Shown piece after piece: positions 28,029 through 37,088 of a stretch of 64,000 bases of DNA (within the stretch, counting starts at the first letter, position 1; the number at the start of each line of letters is the position of its first letter). The position numbers and the translations under genes are program-made. The stretch comes from Acholeplasmataceae bacterium (lineage in GTDB: Bacteria > Bacillota_I > Bacilli_A > ML615J-28 > CAG-313): the NCBI GenBank assembly GCA_012838945.1, contig DUOG01000083.1, positions 16,072 through 80,071 of the forward strand. The letters are read 5' to 3'. The notes under the pieces are model-generated. The model had not been told where the DNA came from. It saw only the letters and a program-made list of their open reading frames with translations, and ran no database searches.

Positions 28029-29069
28029 ATGAACGGACTTAAAAATATTGATAAAATAATCATCCCGACTGATATTATTCTTGACTTAGTGGACATCTAT
28101 AAATACATTGGAAAAAATGATGACTATTATAATCGAGTTGAGAATAATTATGATATCATTTTAGAACAAACGATTGAACGTGATACTTACTTTTTAGCTA
28201 GTCTAGCTGACTTAGATCTATCAGACACAAGAATGAGATTAATTATTACTAAGAATTCGAAACCTAGAACAAAAGAAGAGGCCATTCTTGCAAATATTAA
28301 AGAGGTAGTAAAGGTTATTCATCGAAACTCTTCAGAATACATCTTTAATTCAAGTGATCTCCTAGCTATTGCAAATAAGATTTATGACAAAAACAGCGTA
28401 AAGTTTGCTAGTGAAAAGCGATCGCGTAAGACGCCGCTCGCAAGCCAAGCGTTAAGAAGTAAAAGAGTTGTATTTGATGAGATGGTAGATGAATACTCTC
28501 TTTTAATTGAGAAAGAGATACATGAGCGAATTTTCTTATCTACGATGTTTTTTGTTGACTTTATTAATTATCAACCTTTTACTGATAAGAATGAAATAAC
28601 TAGCTATTTGGCTCTCTATTACTTATTACTCAGATGCAATGTCGATGTTTTTAAATATATTAGTTTTTTTGAAAGTTGGTTTGAGGTAAAAGATGAATTT
28701 CAAAAGCAACTCATAGCAGCAAGTTTTAACTGGGAGGAAGGTTTTCCTCAAGTGTTAGGTTTGTTTAGGGTAATTTTGAAAATGATCAAATCCAGCTATC
28801 ATCGCTTAGAAGACTTTATAAAAGAATATTATTATGAAGAGAAAATAAATAAAGCAGATAATGTTGAAAATACTATTTATAAATTGCCAAACATTTTTTC
28901 AAAAGAAGATATTAAGATGATTCACCCTTATATTAGTGAATCAACAATTAATCGTACTCTAGCCAAACTACGAGATGAAAATAAAATTCGTCCACTTGGA
29001 AGAGGACGAAGCGCCAAATGGTGTAAAATCATCGAAGAAGATGATTTTGAACATATTTTTAGAGGATAA
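28029..29069 (+). CDS. Fic/DOC-family-like protein with degenerate active-site motif and C-terminal winged-helix (putative)
   Basis: Region FFVDFINYQPFTDKNEITSYLALYYLLL aligns to the Fic core HPFxDGNGRxxRLL but with H to Q and GNGR to KNEI substitutions. C-terminus INRTLAKLRDENKIRPLGRGRSAKW is wHTH-like. Confidence 0.4.
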   Translation: MNGLKNIDKIIIPTDIILDLVDIYKYIGKNDDYYNRVENNYDIILEQTIERDTYFLASLADLDLSDTRMRLIITKNSKPRTKEEAILANIKEVVKVIHRNSSEYIFNSSDLLAIANKIYDKNSVKFASEKRSRKTPLASQALRSKRVVFDEMVDEYSLLIEKEIHERIFLSTMFFVDFINYQPFTDKNEITSYLALYYLLLRCNVDVFKYISFFESWFEVKDEFQKQLIAASFNWEEGFPQVLGLFRVILKMIKSSYHRLEDFIKEYYYEEKINKADNVENTIYKLPNIFSKEDIKMIHPYISESTINRTLAKLRDENKIRPLGRGRSAKWCKIIEEDDFEHIFRG

Positions 29070-29073
29070 TCAA

Positions 29074-29871
29074 ATGAAACCTATATCGAACTATCATACT
29101 CATATTTACTTATGTAAGCATGCTACTGGTACAGTAAGAGACTATGTAGAAAAAGCTATAAGCTTAGATTATCAAGTGATTGGTATTTCAGATCACGGTC
29201 CAATTAACGAAGAATTAAAAAAACAGTTTTATACTAGACGGATGGATATGAAAGAATATCAAAATATTTACTTGAAGGATCTAGTACAATTAAAAGAAGA
29301 ATATAGAGATAAAATAACCCTTCTAGGAGCACTTGAAATTGAATTCTTTGATGAGATGGTAACTCACTATCCCAAATTCATCAATGAACTTGACTATTTA
29401 ATTTTAGGACAACACTATCTAAAGGTTGATGGTAAGTATACAAGTGTTTATCGAGGCATGACCCCGAAAAACATAAAGATCTATACTGATACCGTATTAA
29501 AAGCATTTGCCTCTGGATACTTTAAAATATTGGCTCATCCAGAAATATTCACTATGAGTTATCCAAAATGGGATGAACATTGTGAACAGGCAACGCAAAG
29601 AATAATTGAAGGTGCTAAAAAATATAATATTATCTTAGAAGTCAATGCCAATGGAATGCGACTTAATAGAGCGGCTTTAACTAAAGATAATAAGTTCACC
29701 AATTCATATCCACATTTAAATTTTTGGCAATCTGTGGCCAAGACTGATTTGCCGGTAATTGTTAATGATGATGCTCATGCAGTGGAACATCTTTGTGATC
29801 AAGCCACTTTTAGAGCTTATGATTTTGCGAGAGAACTTGGACTGAATATTATTCAAAAAATACAGCTTTGA
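29074..29871 (+). CDS. PHP-family phosphoesterase (histidinol-phosphatase HisJ/HisK-like)
   Basis: Start MKPISNYHTHIYLCKHA (YHTH metal-binding motif) at 29074 with SD agagga. Additional His/Asp motifs (GISDHGP, ILAHPE, NDDAH). About 265 aa. Confidence 0.75.
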   Translation: MKPISNYHTHIYLCKHATGTVRDYVEKAISLDYQVIGISDHGPINEELKKQFYTRRMDMKEYQNIYLKDLVQLKEEYRDKITLLGALEIEFFDEMVTHYPKFINELDYLILGQHYLKVDGKYTSVYRGMTPKNIKIYTDTVLKAFASGYFKILAHPEIFTMSYPKWDEHCEQATQRIIEGAKKYNIILEVNANGMRLNRAALTKDNKFTNSYPHLNFWQSVAKTDLPVIVNDDAHAVEHLCDQATFRAYDFARELGLNIIQKIQL

Positions 29872-29877
29872 TTAAAT

Positions 29878-29938
29878 AACTTGAATTGATAATTACCCAC
29901 AAAAACAAAACTCAAACGCTGTGACAAGGCTTATGGAC
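29878..29938 (+). repeat. Copy B of the ~55-60 nt conserved element
   Basis: ttgaattgataattacccacaaaaacaaaactcaaacgctgtgacaaggcttatgg, immediately after the PHP gene stop. Followed by a terminator hairpin. Confidence 0.8.
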
Positions 29939-29962
29939 AACCCCTTAAAAAGGGGTTTTTTG
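29938..29962 (+). terminator. Rho-independent terminator directly after repeat copy B
   Basis: caaccccttaaaaaggggtttttt. Confidence 0.75.
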
Positions 29963-30121
29963 TTTTGGGAAAGTCGTGAATTTATTTTAGCGAAGTGATG
30001 AGAAAGATTAAAATAAAATAAGGTGTGTGTAGTGAAAGTCCTAAATTTTCAGATTGTTAAAATGCAGATGGAGGACTCTAAAATATTTGAAGCTAGCCCC
30101 CTCAAAAATCAGGGCTTATAT

Positions 30122-30182
30122 GATAATTTGAGTTAACAACTATCCACGAAAAACAATTTCAAGCGCTATAAAACGGCTTATT
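30122..30182 (+). repeat. Copy C (diverged) of the conserved element
   Basis: gataatttgagttaacaactatccacgaaaaacaatttcaagcgctataaaacggcttat. Same block order (TTGAGT, xxCCAC, CAAaCGCTxT, AAGGnTTAT). Confidence 0.6.
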
Positions 30183-30812
30183 TTTATGATTCTATAATTA
30201 AAATAAGATATTTTTTTCTTAAGCTTAGTCTTTCATATGGTCTAGAGATGATAAACAGAACAAGTGAAAACAATATTCAAATTATAAGCCTAAAACAAGC
30301 GAAATAAGACATTTTTATATACTACCTAGGTTTCTTATTTAGAAGTATATAAAATCCAAAATTGAGCGTTTTTTTGTCTCAAAGTATTAGAAGTCTTTCG
30401 ACAAAATATGCTATAATTAAATATATCAAATCTTTGTTCTTGAATATGTTTGTTTTTAAAAACGGCTTAACTTTCGACAAATAAATATAATAAACTACTC
30501 TATATTGTGTTAGTAGAACCACTATTACTAGATATTGTTATTGTTGTTATGCTTCCTATAATATATATTATGTTAACTAGTTGTATTGTAAGGTAAAAAG
30601 CGGATAAAACACTAATATGTTGAAATGTTGATAACTACTAAAACACGCATTTTATTACTTATTTTCTGATCAAATAATTGACAAATCTTCTGCTTTTAAA
30701 CCGATTGATTTCTCTCACTACAAGTTTTCTTTCGATAACAATTGACAAATTAAGCAGTCCTTTTGTCATGTTTGTTAGTATTTGAAATACTTGTACTTGT
30801 TATAAGATTCTA

Positions 30813-30877
30813 TTCGACAAAATACCCCATATGTCAGCGTCTGAAATAATTTTTCATGTCCAATAGTATATTCACCT
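30813..30877 (-). repeat. Copy F (degenerate, minus orientation) of the conserved element
   Basis: Reverse complement reads gtgaatatactattggacatgaaaaattatttcagacgctgacatatggggtattttgtcgaa. Shares the CAgACGCTG and GGGTATTTTGTCG blocks with copy E. Confidence 0.45.
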
Positions 30878-31096
30878 TTTCCTACAGAGGCCTACTTTCT
30901 ACACATCTATCCTCCAAAAAAATATATTGGTAATTGGTCGTGCATTTTCTTCAGCTAATGTTTTGTGTTCAAATCTCTAAAGATCATCGTATTAATAAAA
31001 CTATTTTTTTCAAATAGTTTTGTATTTGCCTATATAAATCACTTTATTTTTAACTTGGACTTACACTTTTAAAAATCATCAAAAATAAATAAATAA

Positions 31097-31155
31097 CCAC
31101 CCCTTCTCAGAGCGTTTGAAAAATGTTTTTGTGGATATTCATCCATTCATATTTT
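31097..31155 (-). repeat. Copy D (minus orientation) of the conserved element
   Basis: Reverse complement ggatgaatatccacaaaaacatttttcaaacgctctgagaaggggtggtt. Confidence 0.7.
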
Positions 31156-31639
31156 TCTACAAGAGTCGACATTTTGATGTTTTTTGATTTGGATATATGT
31201 GTGTTTCAAAAAACTTCTTCTTACATATATGACTTGTTTTTTCCGTAAGTATAGAGTATATTTTTTTAAATATATGTTTTTTTAAAATCTATTTTTCCCT
31301 TAACATATATAGAAAAATCAAAATATCTGTTGTTCATTCTTTTCTATATAAATTGATTTTCTCAAGCTAAAAGATTTTATATATATCTTACTCCTTTTGT
31401 TTTTTTCTTCCAGATATATAATTCCCATCTGATTTTATTTTTGAGTGACATTTGTGAATTGACTTTCTATTTGATATATGTATTATCGTTGTCGATATAT
31501 TACATTTTTTAAAAATGCAAGCGACATTGAAATTGTAAAATCTTTTTTATTTAATGATTTCTTTTAAAATGTTTCATTTTTCTAGTTTATATATGTAAAT
31601 ATTTTTTCGGTACAAAATATCAAACAATCTGATTTTATC

Positions 31640-31702
31640 CGACAAAATAACCCTTCCTACAGCGTTCGAAAATTCAAAACGTGGGTAATTGTCCATTCGA
31701 AT
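31640..31702 (-). repeat. Copy E (minus orientation) of the conserved element
   Basis: Reverse complement aattcgaatggacaattacccacgttttgaattttcgaacgctgtaggaagggttattttgtcgg. Confidence 0.75.
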
Positions 31703-31850
31703 TATATAGCGAAGGCTATGTTATATATCTAAAACCTGTTTTTGACAAAATTAAAGTGACATAGGACTTATTCAAAAAAAGTAAATAAAAAAAGCGCATT
31801 ACGCGCTCATTTTATTGTTATCATATATATATAATTTGTTAAATTGATCA

Positions 31851-32642
31851 TTAGTTTAATGATGGTGAATATTCTTCATTAGCTATTATGATTTGTTTAA
31901 GTTCTAGCTTATTTTTAATATCTTTGATTAGGAACGGTAGATAAGCTATTACAAATAGGACATTAGCTAAGATAAACATTATTCCAAATCTTAACCAGAA
32001 ATTGCTTGGTAAGATATTTAATATTGAATCACCTTCAACCACACCCTCAAGATATAAGTAGTTTGCTCCTGGAATTGCTTTGTTAACAGCAATCGCTATT
32101 AAAGCTAGGATAAAAAGGGCCGCGAATGATTTAAAGTATGATCGCCAAGTTGGTCTCATTTTGTGAACAAAAATCATATAGATCATACAAATGAATAATG
32201 AAGTGTGTTCAATCCAAAATTGATAATAGCGGTAGTGTGATGGTCCAGCATTAGTAATAACAGCTGGAGTAATTAATGCGTTAACTGACCCCGCAAACAC
32301 CCAAAAGTAGTTTATATCAAAGAGTGTTTTACTTTTAGAAACCAATAAATAAGAACCGAAAATACAAGCCCAACCACAAACTCTAATCGGCAAATGTTCA
32401 ACTGGACTAGTTGAGATATTCGGATTGATTACTAGCCAATAATATGACATGTCCATAATAATCATAATAAAGGCAAAAATTAACCTTAATGATGATTCGT
32501 GTTTCCAATTTCTAATAGCATCTTTGTATTTTATAATCAAAAATATTATAATACCCATAATGATTAATGGGATAAAATGCGCTAAAGTAAAATATTTAAA
32601 TTCTCCTGGCACGCCATTATCTAAGAAGCCTAAAATATGCAT
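31851..32642 (-). CDS. Polytopic integral membrane protein (YwaF/TIGR02206-like?), hypothetical
   Basis: Highly hydrophobic, about 7 TM. Likely start MHILGF (32642) after SD aaagga. The longer ORF to 32714 lacks an SD. Confidence 0.4.
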   Translation of the reverse strand: MHILGFLDNGVPGEFKYFTLAHFIPLIIMGIIIFLIIKYKDAIRNWKHESSLRLIFAFIMIIMDMSYYWLVINPNISTSPVEHLPIRVCGWACIFGSYLLVSKSKTLFDINYFWVFAGSVNALITPAVITNAGPSHYRYYQFWIEHTSLFICMIYMIFVHKMRPTWRSYFKSFAALFILALIAIAVNKAIPGANYLYLEGVVEGDSILNILPSNFWLRFGIMFILANVLFVIAYLPFLIKDIKNKLELKQIIIANEEYSPSLN

Positions 32643-32788
32643 AACATACATCCTTTCATAGCAATAAGTAACTATGACATATTTTATCACATTTTGAAAT
32701 CTCAAGCAAAACAAATAATAAATTTAAACTTTGATTCCCAAAGTAAATTATAATAAAAAAGAATGAGATTTTAAGAATCTCATGTCTT

Positions 32789-33715
32789 TTATTGGTTATT
32801 TGATTGATAAAATTCAACAATATCTTGTATTACTTGATTTTTAATATCCAGAACCTCATTGATCAGTTCATGGCGGCCATTCTCATAAAGTTTGTAATCT
32901 ACTTTTAATCCTAGGTTTTTTAAAAAATTATATAATTTGAGAATCCCTTTTCCGTTATTTGAAACCGGATCGTTACTACCACTAATAAGGAATAATTCAA
33001 GATTTGAATTTATATTTTTATAATTAGCTTTCTTAGTAACTTCAGTCATTAATTTTGATAAAGAATAGTAGTAATTTACCGGAAAAGCTGCTCCACAATA
33101 CTCGTTTTCATTGTATTTGTCTACTTCTTCCGTTACACTTGATAGCCAATGGTTTTTACCAAGCAAATCTTTATATGGCTTGTTAAATTTGTCAATTGAC
33201 ATTTTTTGAACTAAACTACTATAGTGAGTTTTGCCTCTAAAAGTCATTATTATTCTAGTTAATACCCTGCCTAAATAATGTTCGAAATTAGTGTTACTAC
33301 TTCCTGATAAAATAACTTTTGAATAATCATTTGGATATAATTGAATGTATCTTTGAGCAGCAAAGCTCCCCATGCTATGGCAGAAACCATAGATTGGAAG
33401 TCCAGGATGCTCTTTTTTTATCAATTCAACTGTAAGTTTCATATCATCAATAATTGTACTCATAAAGTCTTTTTCGGTTATAACGCCTATTTTTTTAATG
33501 TCAGTTGATGATTCGCCGTGAGCATAATGGTCTTCACCATACACCGCAAATCCAGCATCGACTAATTTATTCGCAAACTCATCATAACGTAAGATATGCT
33601 CAGCCATTCCATGTGATATATGAATAATCGCTTTTGGTTCTTGACCTTCTAAATACCACTTATAATAAACTATATCCGTATTTTCATCATACTTCAAGGT
33701 TCCTCTTATTCTCAT
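32789..33715 (-). CDS. Alpha/beta hydrolase (lysophospholipase / monoacylglycerol lipase-like)
   Basis: 308 aa. Nucleophile elbow GFCHSMGSF (GxSxG). HG oxyanion region HISHGMAEH. Confidence 0.7.
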   Translation of the reverse strand: MRIRGTLKYDENTDIVYYKWYLEGQEPKAIIHISHGMAEHILRYDEFANKLVDAGFAVYGEDHYAHGESSTDIKKIGVITEKDFMSTIIDDMKLTVELIKKEHPGLPIYGFCHSMGSFAAQRYIQLYPNDYSKVILSGSSNTNFEHYLGRVLTRIIMTFRGKTHYSSLVQKMSIDKFNKPYKDLLGKNHWLSSVTEEVDKYNENEYCGAAFPVNYYYSLSKLMTEVTKKANYKNINSNLELFLISGSNDPVSNNGKGILKLYNFLKNLGLKVDYKLYENGRHELINEVLDIKNQVIQDIVEFYQSNNQ

Positions 33716-34905
33716 TTATCAATTATCCTCCCCATAAGATTTGTTCCAATTTCAGGTTCTTTTACCCCAAAGTTTCCACAAACTGTTCTTCCTACTGTCG
33801 CAAATGAGTTTTGTAATGGTAAAACTCCTGGTTTAATCTGATTGTGATAGATGAACAGTGGTGGGTATTCTCTAGTATGATCAGTGCCATGATGGATCGG
33901 ATCATTTCCGTGATCGGCTGTAACCATCAAGAGATCATCATCGTTCATTTTTTCAATAAATTCTTTTAATTGAATGTCAAACTCTTCTAAACTTTTTCCA
34001 TAGCCTACTGGATCACGACGATGGCCATATAAAGCATCGAAGTCCACTAAATTAGTGAAACACAAGCCATTAAAGTCTTTATCGAGCATTCTAATTGTTT
34101 CTTCCATACCATTAGAGTTGCTCTTGGTGCGATAACTTTCGGTAATCCCTTCACCTGCAAAAATATCAAATATTTTTCCAATAGCAATTACATCATATCC
34201 AGCAGCTTTTAAAGTATCTAAAGTTGTTGCTGAGAAAGGTTTAACCGCATAATCATGACGATTAGCTGTTCGTTTAAAGTTTTCTGGTGATGTTCCTACA
34301 AATGGTCGGGCGATAATACGGCCTACAAGCCATTCAGGATTATCTAAAGTAATTTTTCGAGCAATTTCACAAATAGAATATAACTCCTCTAGCGGAACTA
34401 TTTCTTCGTGAGCAGCAATTTGTAACACCGAATCAGCCGATGTATAAACAATGATTGCTCCGGTCTTCATGTGTTCGAGACCTAAATCTTTAATAATTTC
34501 AGTTCCACTAGCACTGATATTTCCGATGACTTTTCGGCCAGTTAGTTTTTCTAATTGATCAATTAATTCTTTAGGAAAACCAGTATCAGTGAATGACGGG
34601 AATGGGGTATCAACCTTTAATCCCATTAATTCAAAGTGTCCGGTTAAAGTATCCTTTCCAACACTTATTTCTTTTAAAAGGGTAGCTATTCCTAATAAAT
34701 CTTGTTCAGGTACTGGTTTAATAACTTTATTAGGATTGATATTCCCTGCCCCTAGTTTAGTTAAAGTTGGGATTTTTATTTCTGGATAAGATTCCACAAT
34801 GTGTTTAAAGGTGTTAGAACCTTGATCATTATAAAGATGAGCATCATCAGCTTCACCAAAACCTACTGAATCCATTACTATTACAAAAACTCTTTTAAAT
34901 TTCAT
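33712..34905 (-). CDS. deoB: Phosphopentomutase
   Basis: 397 aa. N-terminus [22 protein letters not shown] typical of DeoB metal site. Adjacent xerD as in Bacillus ripX-drm. Confidence 0.88.
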   Translation of the reverse strand: MKFKRVFVIVMDSVGFGEADDAHLYNDQGSNTFKHIVESYPEIKIPTLTKLGAGNINPNKVIKPVPEQDLLGIATLLKEISVGKDTLTGHFELMGLKVDTPFPSFTDTGFPKELIDQLEKLTGRKVIGNISASGTEIIKDLGLEHMKTGAIIVYTSADSVLQIAAHEEIVPLEELYSICEIARKITLDNPEWLVGRIIARPFVGTSPENFKRTANRHDYAVKPFSATTLDTLKAAGYDVIAIGKIFDIFAGEGITESYRTKSNSNGMEETIRMLDKDFNGLCFTNLVDFDALYGHRRDPVGYGKSLEEFDIQLKEFIEKMNDDDLLMVTADHGNDPIHHGTDHTREYPPLFIYHNQIKPGVLPLQNSFATVGRTVCGNFGVKEPEIGTNLMGRIIDK

Positions 34906-35807
34906 AATACCTCTTTTCCACGCGGATGCGCGTTTTGATAAATTTCTTTGATTCGTCCTTGACTCAAGTGCGTATATATTTGAGTGGTCGAAATATCTTC
35001 ATGTCCAAGTAATTCTTGAACAAACCGTAAATCAGTGCCTGCTTCTAATAAATGAGTCGCAAAAGAATGTCGAAGGGTATGTGGCGAAATCTCTTTTGTT
35101 ATCCCAGCATTTTTACCCAAATTAATTAAAATCTTGTAAAAACCCTGGCGCGATAAAACATTACCGTGATGATTCAAAAAGACAAATCCTCGATCTTTCC
35201 CAGTTACTAATAGTTTGGTACGTCCTTCAATAATGTATTCACGTAATGCTTTAGCAGCATACTCATTTATTGGTACAATTCGTTCTTTTGAACCCTTACC
35301 TCTAATCTTGATTAAATTATTGGTTAAATGGAGATTGTCAAGCTTTAGATTTAAAAGTTCACTGACCCGCAGTCCAGAACCATATACAACTTCAAGCATT
35401 GCTTTGTTTCTCAAATCTAATGGCGTGTTACCTTCTACTACTTCTAACAGGCGTTGAGTTTCATCAATTGATAACACTACTGGCAACTTTTTATCTAACT
35501 TGGGCGACTCAATTAATCTACTTACATCTTTGTCAGTATATTTTTCTTTGTACAAAAACTTATGAAAAGACTTAATAGCACTTAAATAACGGCTTCTAGA
35601 TGATGATGAATACTTTCTTTTTCTTAGATGAGCTAGAAAATCCCGAATATGTTCATCTAAAATGTATTTCGGATCATCAACTAAAGATTTTTCTTTTAAA
35701 AACTCTAGATATTTTTCAATATCATTCATATATGAATTAATGGTATTTTCACTAACCATCTTTTCAGTTGCTAGATAGTATTTGTATTCTATTGCTAATT
35801 CATCCAT
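34902..35807 (-). CDS. xerD: Tyrosine recombinase XerD
   Basis: 301 aa. C-terminal catalytic region [39 protein letters not shown] (R..HxxR..Y). Confidence 0.85.
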   Translation of the reverse strand: MDELAIEYKYYLATEKMVSENTINSYMNDIEKYLEFLKEKSLVDDPKYILDEHIRDFLAHLRKRKYSSSSRSRYLSAIKSFHKFLYKEKYTDKDVSRLIESPKLDKKLPVVLSIDETQRLLEVVEGNTPLDLRNKAMLEVVYGSGLRVSELLNLKLDNLHLTNNLIKIRGKGSKERIVPINEYAAKALREYIIEGRTKLLVTGKDRGFVFLNHHGNVLSRQGFYKILINLGKNAGITKEISPHTLRHSFATHLLEAGTDLRFVQELLGHEDISTTQIYTHLSQGRIKEIYQNAHPRGKEVL

Positions 35808-35822
35808 TTAGTCACCTACTTA

Positions 35823-36941
35823 TTAAAGGATTTCTGCTAGAACATAGTTTCCTAAATAAAGATAAGGGAAATTAATCGCAATATTACCATTTTTTTTAAC
35901 AAGGAGACCACGTTCAAGACCACTTTCGATTTTTGGAAAGGCATCATAAATTGAAACTCCATATTTTTCAAAGAAAGTCTTTTCGCTAACCCCTTCGATT
36001 AATCTCAAGCCTAAGATTAATTCTTCGTTCATTTTATCTTCTTTAGAAAGAACAACTTCTTCAAAATAAAATAATTCACCACTTAATACCCCAGCAAAAT
36101 AACTCTCAAGATTTTTAGTATTTGTATAACGAGTATCATCGATGTAATAACTTGCTGAAGGTCCTAATCCTAAATAATGTTCATTTTTCCAATAAATTAG
36201 GTTATGAGCCGATTGATTACCAGGTAAAGCAAAATTGGATGTTTCATAATGAATGAAGTTAGCTTTACTTAAGCGTTCGATAATGTGAAAGTACATTTTA
36301 CTTTCTAATTCTTCATCCATTAAATTATATTTACCTTTTAAGTGTTGATTATACAAAATGGTATGCGGTTCAAGTTGCAAGGAATAAGTAGAGATATGGG
36401 TAGGCTTTAAACTAAGAAAGAGATCGATTTCTTTATCTAATTCGTTTAAATCAAAGCCAGTTATACCATACATCAAATCTAAATTGATATTAGTTATTCC
36501 GTGTTCCTTTAAAAGGGATACAGCTTTAGATACTAGTTCATAATTATGATTTCTGCCTAATATTTTCAGCTTTCTTTCATCAAAACCTTGAACACCGATG
36601 CTAACCCGTTTAACTTGATATTTTACTAAACATTTAACTAATTCTTCATTTATATCTTCTGGATTAACCTCAATAGTACTCTCCTCTAAGCGTTTGAAAT
36701 CTAAAACCGTGGACAGTTTATCATACAAACGCTCTAAGAGCGTCACACCAAGCGCACTAGGTGTCCCTCCGCCAATATATAAGGTAGAAATTTGGGAAAA
36801 CTTTGATTCCTTGAGATCTATTTCTTTTAAAAGCATGTCGATATATTTTGTCTTTAATTTTTCTCCCGCAATCCTCTTATAAAAATCACAATAGGTACAT
36901 ATTTTTTTACAGAAAGGAATGTGAATGTATAATCCCCTCAT
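35823..36941 (-). CDS. hemW: Radical SAM heme chaperone HemW (HemN-like)
   Basis: 372 aa. N-terminus MRGLYIHIPFCKKICTYCDFYK with CxxxCxxC. Confidence 0.85.
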   Translation of the reverse strand: MRGLYIHIPFCKKICTYCDFYKRIAGEKLKTKYIDMLLKEIDLKESKFSQISTLYIGGGTPSALGVTLLERLYDKLSTVLDFKRLEESTIEVNPEDINEELVKCLVKYQVKRVSIGVQGFDERKLKILGRNHNYELVSKAVSLLKEHGITNINLDLMYGITGFDLNELDKEIDLFLSLKPTHISTYSLQLEPHTILYNQHLKGKYNLMDEELESKMYFHIIERLSKANFIHYETSNFALPGNQSAHNLIYWKNEHYLGLGPSASYYIDDTRYTNTKNLESYFAGVLSGELFYFEEVVLSKEDKMNEELILGLRLIEGVSEKTFFEKYGVSIYDAFPKIESGLERGLLVKKNGNIAINFPYLYLGNYVLAEIL

Positions 36942-37088
36942 ATTTTATCACCATTATTATTATACCAAAAAACCGCGAAATTTTAAAGGAATATGGCTAT
37001 AAAAGGGAATAATTAGTAATATGTACAAAACTCTCTCTTTGGGCTTAAAAAAGGCCCCTAATCTCGTTTTTGGATTAGGGACCTTGGT

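Noticed and set aside
28975-29073. Upstream extension of the PHP gene ORF (28975 start) overlapping the Fic-like gene
   Set aside because: It lies in frame but inside the preceding gene's 3' end. The SD plus ATG at 29074 gives the conserved YHTH N-terminus.
29872-31850. CRISPR array in the ORF-free region
   Set aside because: Repeats are about 55-60 nt, irregularly spaced (230 nt to more than 900 nt), in both orientations and divergent. There are no regular repeat-spacer units and no cas genes in the window.
29872-31850. rRNA, tmRNA, RNase P or other large structured RNA in the gap
   Set aside because: The segment is about 75-80% AT with long low-complexity runs. There is no tRNA-like acceptor end, no GGGG...CCACCA tmRNA signature, and no GC-rich helices expected of these RNAs.
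34902-35807. Tyrosine recombinase considered as a mobile-element integrase for the nearby repeat-flanked block
   Set aside because: Sequence and context fit chromosomal XerD (deoB-adjacent as Bacillus ripX-drm; C-terminal R..HxxR..Y core typical of Xer). It is about 5 kb from the repeats and separated by housekeeping genes.
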